In this document: piece by piece, positions 11,758-27,572 of the stretch
Layout of the letters: each line of letters opens with the position of its first letter
How positions within the stretch are numbered: position 1 is the stretch's first letter
DNA from: Octopus vulgaris
Taxonomy: Eukaryota
Assembly (NCBI GenBank): GCA_951406725.2
Contig: OX597816.1
Span: 161,014,001 to 161,078,000, forward strand
DNA length: 64,000 bases
Direction of reading: 5' to 3'
Translations under genes and position numbers: made by a program
The notes under the pieces: model-generated
What the model was told of the DNA's origin: nothing
Databases searched by the model: none
Seen by the model: only the letters and a program-made list of their open reading frames with translations

Positions 11758-13791
11758 GAAAAAGAAGTTGAAAATGCACTTGGATTCATTTAGATATTTT
11801 ATTTTTAAAAACCTAACCGGTTTCATAGATTTTTCTGATTTTCAAAAGTTGAAATGAGTTAGAAAAACAGATGCAGCTTTCCCTCCTCTATCTCACAAAC
11901 AACAATGCTTGAAACATTATACACCCACTCTTTTTTCCATCTTATACTGAACATCAAATTAATGCATTCCATTTGTACATCCTTTTGACTTTGGCTGTTT
12001 TGTTATTTGTTGTTTTTAATTTGCCTAAGTGTGTGTGTATGTGTATAGAAGGAAGTACTCAACACATCTGGTAGGAGTTTACATACATTTATTTAATAGC
12101 TGTTTGATTTGGCTCCATGTAACTTAAAGTTTCATAGCCATATCATATGAACCTAGCTCATCAGGCTTAGGTAACTGAATGGAAAGATGGAAGAAGTTCA
12201 AAATGGCTGCTGGAGATTGGGATATTATTGGTCATGGTGGGCCACATGGTGTTGCTACTGGTATTGAAATATCAGAACATCAAATACATCAAATTTAAAT
12301 CACAACTTGTATTTCTCAGATTGCATAGTTGGACAGAATGTTGGTGGCACCTTGCACTCTAAGTAATATGGGCAAGAATCTTTAGCCACAACAGCTACCT
12401 ATGTGGGTATGTGTGTGAGTGTGCCTGCTGCATCAGTATGTGAGTATGCATATCTAAATATAGATAAACATCAAATTCTTAATCGATTTAAACAGTTCCT
12501 TTTGGAAGCCCTTACCCATTACTCTTTACTCTTTTACTTGTTTCAGTCATGTGGCTGTGGCCATGCTGGAGCACCTCCTTTAGTCAGGCAAATCGACCCC
12601 AGGACGTATTCTTTTTAAGCCTAGTACTTATTCTATCGATCTCTTTTTACTGAACCGCTAAGTTATGGGGATGTAAACACACCAGCATCGGTTGTCAAAT
12701 GAAGTTGGTGGGACAAACACAGACACATAAATACTCACACACATATATATACATATATACAATGGGTTTCTTTCAATTTCTATCTACCAAATCCACTCAC
12801 AAGGCTTTGATCGACCTGAGGCTATAGTAGAAGACACTTGCCAAAGGTGCCATGCAGTGGGACTGAACCCGGAACAATGTGGTTCATAAGCAAGCTACTT
12901 ACCACACAGCCTCTCCTACACCTTACCTTGAATTTTTATCTCTTTATTTGTCACTCCTCCATTCAGTACCTGAAACCAACGTTCATGATGCACAGTTTTC
13001 ACATATGACTTTTACATGTCATTTTGTTCACTGATTTATAAATTTATATGTATATTTATTTCTGTGCTGGTGGCATGTGTAAAAGGATTCGAGCGAGGTC
13101 GTTGCCAGTACCGCCTGACTGGCCCCCATGCCGGTGGCATGTAAAAAGCACCCACTACATTCTCAGAGTGGTTGGCGTTAGGAAGGGCATCCAGCTGTAG
13201 AAACTCTGCCAAATCAAGATTGGAGCCTGGTGCAACCATCTGGTTCGCCAGCCCTCAGTCAAAATCGTCCAACCCATGCTAGCATGGAAAACGGACGTTA
13301 AACAATGATGATGATGATTTCGTTGTGTGTTTTAAATTATGCTTTGGAATTTGTATTGATTGCTTGGATGTGTTCCTTCTATAATTTCCCTCATCTAAAC
13401 ATAGATAGGCATATAATTCGTGTGCATGCATGTATGTGTGTGTAAAGTGACTGTATGTATGTATGTGTATGTTTACAATAAGGTTTTTCTGAAAACCACT
13501 AGCTACACATGATGCAGCTGTTGTCATTTCTACTGTCAACAAATTGGCTGCTGGCTTTTCAGTTTCAAAGATGCATGAAATAAGAAATCACTTAACAGAA
13601 AAACAAATGTAAGTTAATAACAGGAAAGACATCCCAATGTAAAACAATGCCTCAATAACATATTCATCTAACCCATGCTGTCATGGAAAAACGGACGTAA
13701 AAATGTATAAAACAAAGAAGGGAAGCCCATCACTTCTAGCAGAACTCTGGTTTTGCAGGATAAACAAAATGATTTTCTAAAAATTCATGGT

Positions 13792-13847
<56 letters not shown>

Positions 13848-16800
13848 TGAAGGGGGTGGTTAGTAATATCTGTAGATGAGGAAGAGTGCTAGAGTAAAGA
13901 ATAAAAAGTTATTTTATATAAAGAATAAAGAAAAAAGAGTTCTTTTATGTTTACACCTTAATATTTTAAGGTACCTCTACAAACAGAGATGATGAATGAT
14001 TAGACGGCAGTTTTGGAGATTACTTGAGATGTTATTTTAAACATCATGAAGACACTTTCAGAAATGGTTACATAAACAGTGTTGGATTCCATGTAGAGAA
14101 TTGCAGAATCTACACTTGGTACAATATATGAGGTTGGTAAGGCGGGGAACTGGCAGAAACATTAGCACGCCAGGCGAAATGCTTAGCGGTATTTCGTCTG
14201 CCACTACGTTTTGAGTTCAAATTTCACCGAGGTTGACTTTGCCTTTCATCCTTTCAGGGTCGATTAAATAAGTACCAGTTACGCACTGGGATTGATATCT
14301 GTTTGTCTGTCCTTGTTTGTCCTCTCTGTGTTTAGCCCCTTGTGGGTAGTAAAGAAATAGGTATTTTGTCTGTCTTTACGATCTGAGTTCAAATTCCGCT
14401 GAGGTCGACTTTGCCTCTCATCTTTTCAGGGTCAATAAATTAAGTACCAGTTGGATACTGGGGTCGATCTAATTGACTGGCCCCGTCTCCAAAAATTTCA
14501 GACCTTGTGCTTAAAGTAGAAAAGACTACATGAGGTTGGTTGAGGTGCAATAGAAAATGGTCAGTAACATAAAATCAAGCTTTTGGAGCAGTAATGAACA
14601 TGCTGTTCAAATTGATGGGCTGAGTGTGACAGTGACATGTAGAAAGGACATTTACTGGGTCATCGCTCTAGCAGGGCTTAGTTGTAAACTTGTCGTTGGT
14701 CATACACAATATTAGAAGAGGTGTGTGTGAAGGACAGAATGACAACACTAATATTTTTATAAGTTTCCATATTTTTATTACCCATAACATTTTCATTTAC
14801 AAATGTACAACAATTATTTTAATTAAACAGAATGCCAAAGATAGTGAATGTGATAGATAAAAGTATTTATTGCATAAAATATTTATATGACAGTTCATAA
14901 TTACTAATGATTGAGTAAGTAGAAAAAGTGAGAACACTTTATCAGAAAAAACAATCAACAGAGTTTTGTGTAGAACCTAAGGTTGTTCTGATAGGCTGAA
15001 TGTTCATGGCTCAGTGGTTAGAATATCATGAGGTAGTGAGTTTGATTCTCAGACCAGGCTGTGTGTAGTGTTCTTGAGCAAGACATTTTATTTCACATTG
15101 CTCCAGTTCCATCAGTTATAGAAATGAATTTTGATGTCACTGGTGCCAAGCTGTATAGGATTTTGCCTTTCCTTTGGATAACATCAGTGGCATAGAGAGG
15201 AAAGGCTGTTATGCATGAGTGACTGATGGTCTTCCATAAACAACCTTGCCCAGACTTGTGCTTCGGAGGGTAACTTTCTAGGTGCAATTCCATGGTTGTT
15301 CATGATCAAAGGGGGTCTTTACCCTTTACTCTTTACCTTCTGACAGGAAGATCAGTATACCAGCTTTTATAGCATTCAGTTAAAACTTCTAGAATTTTTG
15401 AATAAATTTTCTATTTTTAGTAACTTGGTTTTCCTAGAATTTATATTTATCACAAAGAAAACCCTAAGGTTATACCTATATATGCATTTCTCTTGACAGT
15501 CAAGTTTGCTTTGCCTTCAAATGCCAAAAGTCAAGATGAGGAAGAAATCTAAAATTCCATTAGAGAAATGAGCACAGATTGAAATTTTTAAAACAATGGA
15601 GAACAAAGTGAGGGAGATAGCAAGTGGTTTGTCTGTATATCCATCAATTGTTTCAAGAACCCTGAAAAGAATTGAAGAAACTGGAAATTATTCAAGCTAT
15701 GATCACTCAAGAAGGCCAAAAGTAATAACACCACAAACTGATCATTTCATTCATTGCTTTGCAAGAGCAAATCCCTTCTCCTCTCCAAGTGAGAAACAAG
15801 CACAGTTACCAACAAATAATAACAATAATAAAACATCAAGTCTATCAATGATTAACCCTTTTGATACCAACCCGGCTGAAACTGCCTCTGGCTCTGAAGT
15901 ACAAATGTCTTGTTTTTATAAGTTTTGAATTAAAATCTTCCACCAAACCTTAGTTGCAATTCATGTTCCTAACACTAACTTAATGATAACTAAGTTATTT
16001 TACTAAATTCTTTGTTATATTTAAAATGAATCGAAAGAAACATAGAACATCTAAAAATAAATAGAGTAATGAAAGGGTTAAATATAATTTGGTAACAGAT
16101 TTTAAGCTGAGAGCAAACCAGCAAAATAAAATACCTTAGTTGAGCAAGAAAAATATTCAAGATCAAATAAAATTTTGTGAAAGATATGAACATTGTACAC
16201 CAATTGAATGGAGCAAAGTAATGTTTACTGATGAAGCATTTATTTCTCAATACCAAGTTATCAACCTCAAGTAAAAAGACTAAGTGGTAAGTGTCCGAAT
16301 GAAAGGTATACATAATAAAAATCTATTCTTTCTGCATCTACAGTTATGATTTGTGTGTGTGGGGGTATTTCAGACAAGAGCAGATCTGCCCTGAAGATTA
16401 ACATTAGAAGCAAAAGATTATCTAGAAATTTTACAGGAAAAAGTGCCAAGATTTATTATAGTTACAAATTGCTCAATCATGCAACATGATGGCGCTCCAA
16501 TCCACTCAGTAATGATGGTTAAAGAACGGTTTTAAGAGCAACAGTTTTATCTCTTACAGGAATGGCCAGGAAACTCTCTCAATTTAAATTGCATTGAAAA
16601 TTGTTGGAATTTCCTTAAGAAAATGCTTCAACAAAAGCAGCCATCAAATTACCACAAAATGATGGAGAGTTAAAGAAAATATAGATGACTGAAATAACAC
16701 CAGAATATTTCCAGAAGCTCATGGAATTCATGTCATTGAGAATAAGAAGATGTCTGAAAGCAAATGGTTCATATACTAATTATCAATTGTTCATTTATTT

Positions 16801-16990
16801 ATTATTTATTGCTATTTTTTGTTTGAGGTCTTCATTTTAATGCAATAAAGTGTTGTTTCATTGATTAAAGAAAATTTTCTTTCTGTTGTTAAACTTTCTT
16901 GTATGTGTATATAAGCATATATATACAAATATATGCATAATCTCACACATATGTATGTGTATTCAGATGAGAGTGTGAGTGAGTGTGAGA

Positions 16991-17023
<33 letters not shown>

Positions 17024-17166
17024 CATGTGTATGTGTGTGTGTGAGAGAGAGAGAGTGTGTGTGTGTGTGAGAGAGCAAGAGTGTGTGTGTGAGAGAGATA
17101 GAGAGAGAGAAAGAAAGAGGAGAAAGAGAGAAAGAGAGAGGGAGAGGAAAAAGAGAGGAAAAAGTG

Positions 17167-17235
<69 letters not shown>

Positions 17236-20200
17236 TGTCTTGAGATTTTTTAAACTGGTAACATTATCATTGTTTGGAATTCCAAAAGTCATGATACTTA
17301 AAAGTACTGAAATAATTTTGGATCTTGTCATCAAAGCTGATGCTGATGAAAGAGAAATGTCTGTAAGTATGGTATTATCGTGTTGAAGCCATAAATATAA
17401 AATAAAATGCATTTCAAGAGGATTTCTTTGAACAGAATTGCACCTCTAGCGATGGCTTTTGTGTATGGTGAAAAGATTATGGTTGGACAAAAGCATTAGG
17501 CTTTTGTAAAAATATATAGTTGCAGGCATAGCTGTGTGGTCAAAGAGTTTGCTTCTCAACCACATGGTTTTAGGTTCGACCCCACTGCACACCACCTTAG
17601 ACAAGTGTCTTCAACAAAAGCCTTTGGTTGAGATGAGCCTTATGAGTGGATTTGGTAGATGGAAATTTTATGGAATGTACTGGGTGCTTTTTGCATGACA
17701 CAAGTACAAGTGAGATTGCTATGTAGCAAGCAAGACAAAGATTCACATTGACTGAATGTGATTACAGTAGAGTGGGAAGTTACTTGATGCTGGGTGATGA
17801 AAAGATCATATATTGAAGGAAAAGCCCAGAACAGTATTTGTCAAAAATGTGAAGGCTTATTTCTGTCTCCTTTCAGTACTTAATATTTCTGCTTCAAGCC
17901 TCACTCCATTGTCTTCTCATATTTCATTTTATCCTCTTTCTGTTATTCCTATTCACTTTGCCTCAACCCTTCTGTTTCTTCTGGTGTTTCTCATTATTTT
18001 GCAGCATTTCTTATCACACTACATCTCTAATTCCTTATCTCTTGCTCCACCTTTCTTCTTTCTATCTCTCCTCTCTTAATCAGGCTATGCTTCCTTTCTC
18101 ATTCTTTTCTCCGTCTCTCACTATATTTCACTGCCTGCTTACCTGCTTCCATGTCTCACATTCTCCTTATTTTCCTATTGCTTTATATCTATTTCCCTTA
18201 CTATGTATTTCTCCCACTCTGCTAGTCTCCCACTTAAATATGTATATAGTAATATACCTCTCTTTGTAGTATATCATTTCTGTCTCTTCCATCGCATGCA
18301 ATACAGCCACTAATTTCTTCTTCCACATTCTTGTTGTTTGAAAGAAAGAGGAAGCCAGCATAATAACAAAGCATGTGAATCTTGATAGTTTGTGATATAG
18401 ATAATCAACTCTAATTTAATAGTGAAAATGAACTACAGGCCCAATTATGGCATCTGAATTATGTATTTACTGCTGTAGAGTGACAACCTTATCAATTGCA
18501 CCACAGAGCATCTGTCAGTTCATCCTCTCAAATTAGATATTATTATAGTTACTGGAGTACAATATGATCTTGAATATAACATGATCCTCCCCACTTTCTG
18601 TATCTAAAAGTCAGTAATAGACTTTACTGTCTTCTCTGTCTTAAATGTATTTTATGTAATATGCTGATGTTTTATGTTAAATTTCTTACACTATTCAAGA
18701 GTAAATACAATATAGGCGTAGGAGTGGCTGTGTGGTAAGTAGCTTGCTTACCAACCACATGGTTCTGGGTTCAGTCCCACTGTGTGGCACCTTGGGCAAG
18801 TGTCTTCTACTATAGCTTCGGGCTGACCAAAGCCTTGTGAGTGGATTTGGTAGGCGGAAACTGAAAGAAGCCCGTCATATATATGTATATATATATAACG
18901 GGAAGCTTTATGAAAATAAACAAAAGACGAAGGCAGGTGGAGTACAAACAAACAATTGTATTAGTATGGCACTCAGGAATATAAAGTAAAACAAGTCTTT
19001 TACGTTTCGAGCCTATGCTCTTCAACAGAAAGATACACAGAAAAGAAACACAGAGAGAAACAAGGAGAGAAAAAAATGCGTGCAGAAGCTAGCGATTCAA
19101 CATGTGTGTGTATATGTTTGTGTGTCTGTGTTTGTCCCCACAACATTGCTTGACAACCAAAGCTGGTGTGTTTACGTCCCCGTAACTTAGCGGTTCGGCA
19201 AAAGAGACCGATAGAATAAGTACTAGGCTTACAAAGAATAAGTCCTGAGGTCGATTTGGTCGACTAAAGGTGGTGCTCCAGCATGGCCACAGTCAAATGA
19301 CTGAAACAAGTTAAAGAGTAAAAGAGAGTATGCATAACTTGTTAAGGTTATCTCTACAGACTTTTTACTGAAATTATAATCAGCACTGATTTTGTTACGA
19401 TGCTTTGTATCTGAGGTGCCTGATGTATACAATAAAGGGATCAAAGATGAAAAATGGGTAATGTGCATATATGCCATAATAAACTACAGGGTATACTCTT
19501 TTACTCTTTTACTTGTTTCAGTCATTTGACTGCGGCCATGCTGGAGCACCGCCTTTAGTCGAGCAAATCGACCCTGGGACTTATTCTTTGTAAGCCCAGT
19601 ACTTATTCTATCGGTCACTTTTGCCGAACCGCTAGGTGACGGTGACGTAAACACACCAGCATCGGTTGTCAAGCAATGCTAGGGGGACAAACACAAACAC
19701 ACAAACACACGCACACATATATATATTTATATACATATATACGACAGGCTTCTTTCAGTTTCCGTCTACCAAATCCACTCACAAGGCATCGGTCGGCCCG
19801 GGGCTATAGCAGAAGACACTTGCCCAAGATGCCACGCAGTGGGACTGAACACGGAACCATGCGGTTGGTTAGCAAGCTACTTACCTAAATGTTTTTATAA
19901 GTCATTGCTTATATTGACTTTGTATGTTCATCATCATCATCATCATCATCCTCGTCATCCTCCTCCTCCTCCTCCTCCTCATCATCATCATCATTTAACA
20001 TCTGTTAAATGATGATTATGATGATGGGTGGAGGTGCTTGTCTCCACTTTGAAAACATAAGGACACAGCAAATGTGTCAAGTTCGACAGGAAACGGTGTT
20101 TCCTAGGACTAAATAACAGTAACATTCTTCCTTTTTATGGGACTGTCACATTAAGTTGACAACATGCTATCACTTTATGACACATATGCCCATTACCCAT

Positions 20201-23055
20201 TTTTTGTCTTTGATCTCTTTGTTGTTTACATCAGACATCTCAGATATGAAGCATTGTAACAGAATCAAGGCTGGCTATAATTTCCAAAGAAAAATCTGCA
20301 GAGCTAAACTTAGCAAGTGATGTAATAGCACTGCTAACACAGTAGAACACAATTTTGGCTGATAAAAACGTTTTGTATCCTTTGTAGTATATTACGGTTG
20401 CTTAACGAAATACTGTCCCTACAGGTCACAATTTTTCTTTTTTTATTCTTTTTATTTGTTTCAGTCATTTGACTGTAGCCATGCTGGAGCACCACCTTTA
20501 GTTGAACAAATCAATCCAAGGACTTATTCTTTGTAAGCCTAGTACTTATTCTATCGGTCTCTTTTGCCAAACCACCAAGTTATGGGGATGTAAGCACACC
20601 AACATCGGTTGTCAAGAGATGGTGAAGGGTCAAACACAGATACACACACACACATACGATGGGCTTCTTACAGTTTATATCTATCAAATTCACTCACATG
20701 GCTTTGGTTGGCCTGAGGCTGTAGTAGAAGACACTTGCCCAAGGTGTCATGCAGTGGGACTGAACCAGGGACCATATGGTTGGGAAGCAAGCTTCTTACC
20801 ACACAGCCACTCCTGTGCCTATTTATATATATTTTTATCTATTTTAACAATGTTCTTCTATCTCCACAAGTATCTCTCTTGTTTCACTGAAACTTTATTA
20901 TACATTTAGCACTACCAGCCTAGATTGTTCTTTTATACCCATCATAGCAAGATGGCATGCCTTAATTTGTTGTATGAGGTGGATACCAGAAGTAGGCTTC
21001 ATAGACACCCAAAACTTTGTTTTCATGATCATCTCAAGCAGTCTCTCATGTTATGTGGTGTCCCTCCCAACCAGTTGAAACCCCTGGTGGTTACTCACAG
21101 GCAAAGCAGTCCATGTGTGATGCTGGAGCAGAGTGTTTTGAAACTGAATGCAAGAGACCACATGAAGAGAAGAGGAGACATTGTCATCAACTCCTTGCAG
21201 CTGTTGATCAGGGTCACTTTCAGTGCCCTTAGTCCCACAGGATCTGCCGATCTAACATCGGTCTCATCTTGTCAGCTTCTCTATTCCCATGAGAAACAAT
21301 GTGCTGGAGGTGGAGGAGGATGAATGTTTTGGATTGATGCTGTTGTCACCTTTGATGGGCTGCCATAAGCAAGTAAAAATAAAGGTAAGAACCATATTAT
21401 TCAATCACTGGAACTGGTATTTCCCTCTGGTACTACTATGAGTTTCTGGGGTTATTTTTTCTTTTTCTATTATTTTTTTTCTTGTTCTTTGAGACAAATG
21501 AAGAATGTAGAAGAAAACAGCAAATTCATTTCACGCTTATGAAATATTATTCATGAAAAGAAAAAATAAATCCTTTAAAAAGTCACACCAGATAGTGATT
21601 TGAGGGAAATTTGACTGCTATTTCTTGCACAAATCAGATAAAGTATCATAGGTCTGTTCTAATTGAGCTGGTCTATGATGAAAGGTATTTCAAGTATCTA
21701 GGGCCATATCTGAGCTTAAGCAACAACAACAGCAACAATAGTAAGAATATTAGCAGCAGCAAAAATAACAACAATAACATAAAGGTATTGTAAAATCAAC
21801 TGCGTGCCACTTTTGGTAAAAAAAAATTAATCTAGATTAATGAACTCAATCGTTAGACCTATTTATTTCTCATTAGACCCCCATTCATACACACACATAC
21901 ACACACAAGCTTATATTATAATATTGCACTCCATAATTTTAAGCTTCATAATCTGGTTGCATTCCTTACGTTCTGTTTTGTTGCTTGAGAGAGAGAATTT
22001 AATGTAATTAAATTATTTTTTTCACAGTTTCTTTGCACTGAAAAGTTCTAATTTGCAGTTTTAAAATAAAGCAATTTAAAAAATTAATACAAACATAATA
22101 TGATTATGTGCAAACATGCCCATACATACATACTGATACACATACACACACATGCAGGCTTTCTTGATTATCTAAATTCAGCCTTTGACCTACTTGAGGA
22201 TAGATAGGTTGATTTCAATAGTGCATGTGGTAAAACTCGCACGGGTTTATGTTTTATTTTTCTGTTGCAATATGCAATACTGAAAGCTATGTTGTCTAAG
22301 CAAGAATAGCTCATCTTAACATTATGTACATTAAAAAACTTGCAGTATTTATGTGCGCATGGGAAGTGTTAGGGATAGAAAGTCGTGGTTATTTCTTGAA
22401 GGACAAGTTTAAGAAGAGGATTGAATCAGCTTATTTTTCTCCTCCTAACTCTATTGTGGGGTATCCTCTGCATATAGTAACTTCTCACTTCAGCCCCTGT
22501 TTTCTTACAGGTCACTGTAGTAGGATGCAACTCTGTCAAGATATTTCTACCTGAGGATTGATGGAAAATAATTGCTATAATTTGGCAAACGACAGACATT
22601 TGAAGTGATAAAATAGCATTAATTAAGATCACATCAATATAATCCTTTTGCTGATATAGAAACTTATTATAGCACTGGAAAACAAAAATTAATTTTTACT
22701 GCTTCTTTTTTCTATTTAATTTTCTTCCCTGACTAATTAATTCTTACCAATGTTTTGCTTTGTTTGTAATATATAAATGTGATCTTTTAATCACACCCAG
22801 CCTGGTACATGTATAGAAAGACAACTATGTATATCTTAGACAACATGTATATCTTAGACAACTCAGTTTCTTCCAACAAATTACTTTTATACATTGTTCT
22901 GATGAGTTTGATCTGTCATTTAAATGCTACTTAGAAAGTAGTCAGTAGCTGCATATTCTATTGCATAATATGGCAAGATTTATGAGATTTAATTCAGATG
23001 AAACAATTGTAAATTGATGTATTAAAAAGACTTGCTCACTCAATTCTTCTTGTTG

Positions 23056-23128
<73 letters not shown>

Positions 23129-25664
23129 TGTGCATTTAAACACATAAGATATGACCATAATAGGACATCTGACTCACTAGAAAGAGCAGTTAAAACTCCA
23201 AACCACATATTTTTTTATGAATAATATATAGTCTATTGACTATTCTTTCTTTCTCGCTAGAGCGCTGGTAGCGGAGAATTTTTCTAGAATTTTTCTAAAA
23301 TTTTTTTGCTACCCTAACATTTATTAAATATATATATATGGGGTCTTATGGAGGCAAAGTGGCTGAGTTCCTTTTGTGTGCTGGGCCTCATGGAGGCAGT
23401 GACCAAAACCTTTGGCGTTATGTCATGATTGAGAAGAAGACGCATCAAGAAGATACTGATGACACACAAATTGGCAGCTGTGCTGGTGGCATGTAAATGT
23501 ACCCTGGTGTCACACAAATGGTACTCATGCCGGTGGCACATAAAAGCACCCATTACACTCTTGTAGTAGTTGGCATTAGGAAGGGCGTCCAGCCATAGAA
23601 AAATTATGGCAAATCAGACTGGACAGCGGACATTAAGTGGTGATGATGATGATGATGATGAAGAACTGAAAGTTGAAACTCAGAGTCATACAAATAAAAT
23701 TTCAGAATAAATTGTCATGTGTATGCATGTACTTATGTATATGTTTTTGTTTTCTTCTTTGAAACACTTTTACTCATTTATTTTTATTTTCTTTCTAATG
23801 AAGGCCTGGCACTTAAAGTGTGAAAAACTTTTCCTTTTAAACTTTGTATAAATAACACCTTTGCTAAAGCTTATATCTCTCATTATGTTCTTTTCTTCTT
23901 TTTGGCTCATTCATCATGTGTGTGTGTGTGTGTGTATGATGTAAAAAGCAGTGGTGATGGTGCCACTTAAAAGCAACCCAGTACACTCAGTGGAATGGTT
24001 GGCATTAGAAAGGGCATCCAGCTGTACAAATCAAGCTAAAACAGACTATGGCACCTGGGTGTGGCTCTTGGTTTTGTCAGCTCCTGTCAAGCCATCAAAC
24101 CCATGCCAGCATGGAAAACAGACATTAAATGATGATAAAAATATATATATTAAAAGTGGGGAAGGCCGGATTATGGGATCACCCTGGGTTTCCCATCCAT
24201 AAAGGGTTTAGATTTATGGTGTATCGTCAGACCCCAAAATCTGTTGGCCTAAGACCTCTTCAAAATATGGACGGGAAAACCCTCGCTACAAAGGTAACCA
24301 ATAGGGTATTATCTCCCTTCGCCATGGGCTATCGACTATGGGAGAGAAGGAGAGAGAGAGGGAGATATACACACAAACATATATGCATACATGCACACAT
24401 ACATACGTTCATGAAATATAAATGAGAATATTATTGTTTATAATGATATCAGTGGCTGGATCTTTTCAGTTTGAACGGCAGTTTTTTCTAGCAGCGTCAT
24501 ATGAAATTGTCACCCATAATTATGACCCTAGTATCGATCTATTGCATTTCAATCTGTTTCAGGGTTAGGGTTAGAGTTAGGATTAGTTATGGTTAGGGTT
24601 AGGGGTGGGGGAAAGGGTATCTTTTTTTCTTCAGAAATGTAAATAAACCTAATCTGTTTCTTAAACAAGGGACATATTCATACGGCACAGAATGTTTTCA
24701 CCTCAATAGACCTCATTGATTGGTTGAAATTGCAGAAATTGAAGAAAAAAACAACAAATATCTTACAAACTATAGAATTTTCTCAATAAAGCCAAGAGAA
24801 AAAGATGTTTTATAAATGCATTCTACCAATATACGAAGTTTAAAAGTGTTTAGTTACATAGAAATTATTTAAAAAAACTGCCATTCAAACTGAAAAGATC
24901 CCAGTTTATTCATCTCAGTCAATGTGTACGGTGACTGTTTTTAATGCCGCAGCAAATTTGAAAAAGGTGATTGAAGTGAATAAAAATTGTTTAAATATGT
25001 ATGAGGATATTATTGTTGATAATAATATCAGTGGCTTAGCATACATTTATGTATATTCATATTCTCACATACACCTATGCACACACATATGCCTACTACA
25101 GACTTCATATCTGTTTCAGTGGATAAACAAATAAGGAATAATTTTCTTCATTCATATTTATGTACCAAGATGGGGTTTGGTTAAAGAAACAAAAAGGAGA
25201 AGACAACTCATAACAATAACAGTAAATGCTTTCAGGACTGTTTCATACAATGATTATCTTTTCCTCATTACCACTGCCACCACCATCTACTTCTTCTGCC
25301 TACACCTTCTCATCTCTCTTCTCTCTACAGTTGGTCTTTGACTATAAATACTGCCTATTCTCCTCTCTCTATCTCTCTCCTTCTCTCTCTCTCTCTCTTC
25401 TTTTATGTTTCGTTTCTCTGATGATAAAACTTAATAGTTGACTGATAACTACAAAATCTAAAGTAATTACTATTTTGTTGTGATACTTCATGCTTGGTGA
25501 AGATATGAAAGACTAAAATGGAAAAAGAAAACGTTAAGTAAAATGTAATAAGTATAATAAAGTTGGAACGTTTTATAAATAGTATTGTGTCAATGTGTGT
25601 GTTTGTGTCTGTGTACATACAGACACACACACATATATGTATGTGTATGTGTGTGTGTGTATAT

Positions 25665-25706
<42 letters not shown>

Positions 25707-25971
25707 TATGCATATGTATGTGTATATATTTATATATATAAACACACACATATATGTATATGTGTATATGCATGCATGTTTGTATGTGTGTGTGTGTGTG
25801 TGTCTGTGCATATATGTATATTTATGACATAAATATGTAAATACATATATACATCTGAATGTATGTGTTTGTGAGTGTATGTAATTACATGTATGTATCA
25901 ACATGCATACACACACACACACACACACATATACATTTATATATATATATGCATATATATGTGTGTATATG

Positions 25972-26049
<78 letters not shown>

Positions 26050-26186
26050 TATATGCATATATACATATACATACGTACATATGTATACACACATATATAT
26101 AAACACATACATATATATATATGCATATATGCATATACATACGTACATATGTATATACACACACATATATATATACACATACATAT

Positions 26187-26266
<80 letters not shown>

Positions 26267-26972
26267 GTATGTATATATATATAAACAAATACACTGTACC
26301 TATATATTTTCACATTCATGTATATACATATATCTATGCGTGTTTGTATGTGAACTTATATGTGAATTTATATGTGTGTGTGCGTATATATATATACATA
26401 TATATATATATACATATATATATATACATATATATGACCATGTGTGAGTGTATGTGTGCGTGTGTACCTGTGTATATTTATTCATATGTTGCATTGTTAG
26501 GCAATTATTCAATTTATTCATTCATACATTAAAAAAAAACAACATGAATAAAACACAATCAAACAAAAACAAGTAACAAGCATAAAAATTCCAAGAAAAA
26601 TACATAAATATATGAATAAATAAAAATAAAGGAACAAAGAAAGAAGAAAAGAAAGAAGGAATTGCAGCAAACTCATTTCTAATTGAACAGACTATATTTC
26701 TGATATAGATTTTTGCTGGAATCTTCAAATTTATTTTTACTAGATCAATCATTATTGTGTATTGATTTCTTCTGGCATTTATTGTAGTTTACCTGATTTT
26801 ATTGAAATTACAATAATCTCTCTGATTCTCTCTTTTGCTTCCCCCCTCTCTCTCTCTCTCTTTCCCACTCTCTCTCTCTCTTTCCCACTCTCTCTCTTTC
26901 TCTCCCTCTCCCACTCTCTCTCTTTCCCTCTCTCTATCTGTCTACCATCCTACGTATTGACATATCTATCTA

Positions 26973-27044
<72 letters not shown>

Positions 27045-27065
27045 CCTACCTACCTACCTACCTAC

Positions 27066-27106
<41 letters not shown>

Positions 27107-27290
27107 CATCCATCTGCCTGACTGCTTGTCTGTCCGTCTGTTTTTGTCTGTCTGTTTGTCTATCTATTTATCTATCTACCTATCCATCTTTCTATCTATT
27201 CATTTTTTGTATGTCCATCAGTTTGTCTGTTTGTCTATGAGCCTCCATCCATGCCTATCTATCTGTCTGTCTATCAATCAGTCTAACTGT

Positions 27291-27349
<59 letters not shown>

Positions 27350-27521
27350 CTTACCGACCTACCTACCTACCTACCTACCTACCTGCTGACATACATATAT
27401 CTGTCTGTCTGTCTATAGGCCAGTCCATCTATCTATCTGCTTGCTTGTCTATCTACGTATCTAAAAATGTATGTATGTATGTATGTATGTATGTATGTAT
27501 GTATGTATGTATGTATGTATG

Positions 27522-27572
<51 letters not shown>

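Noticed and set aside
12170-12360. Coding-looking island
   Set aside because: No recognisable motif or convincing splice pair; frames close quickly.
17298-17360. Extra minus-strand exon for the speculative gene
   Set aside because: Entry phase is compatible, but the acceptor has a poor pyrimidine tract and the donor is weak.
24561-24610. Telomere or chromosome-fusion scar
   Set aside because: Short, degenerate and enclosed by TIRs.
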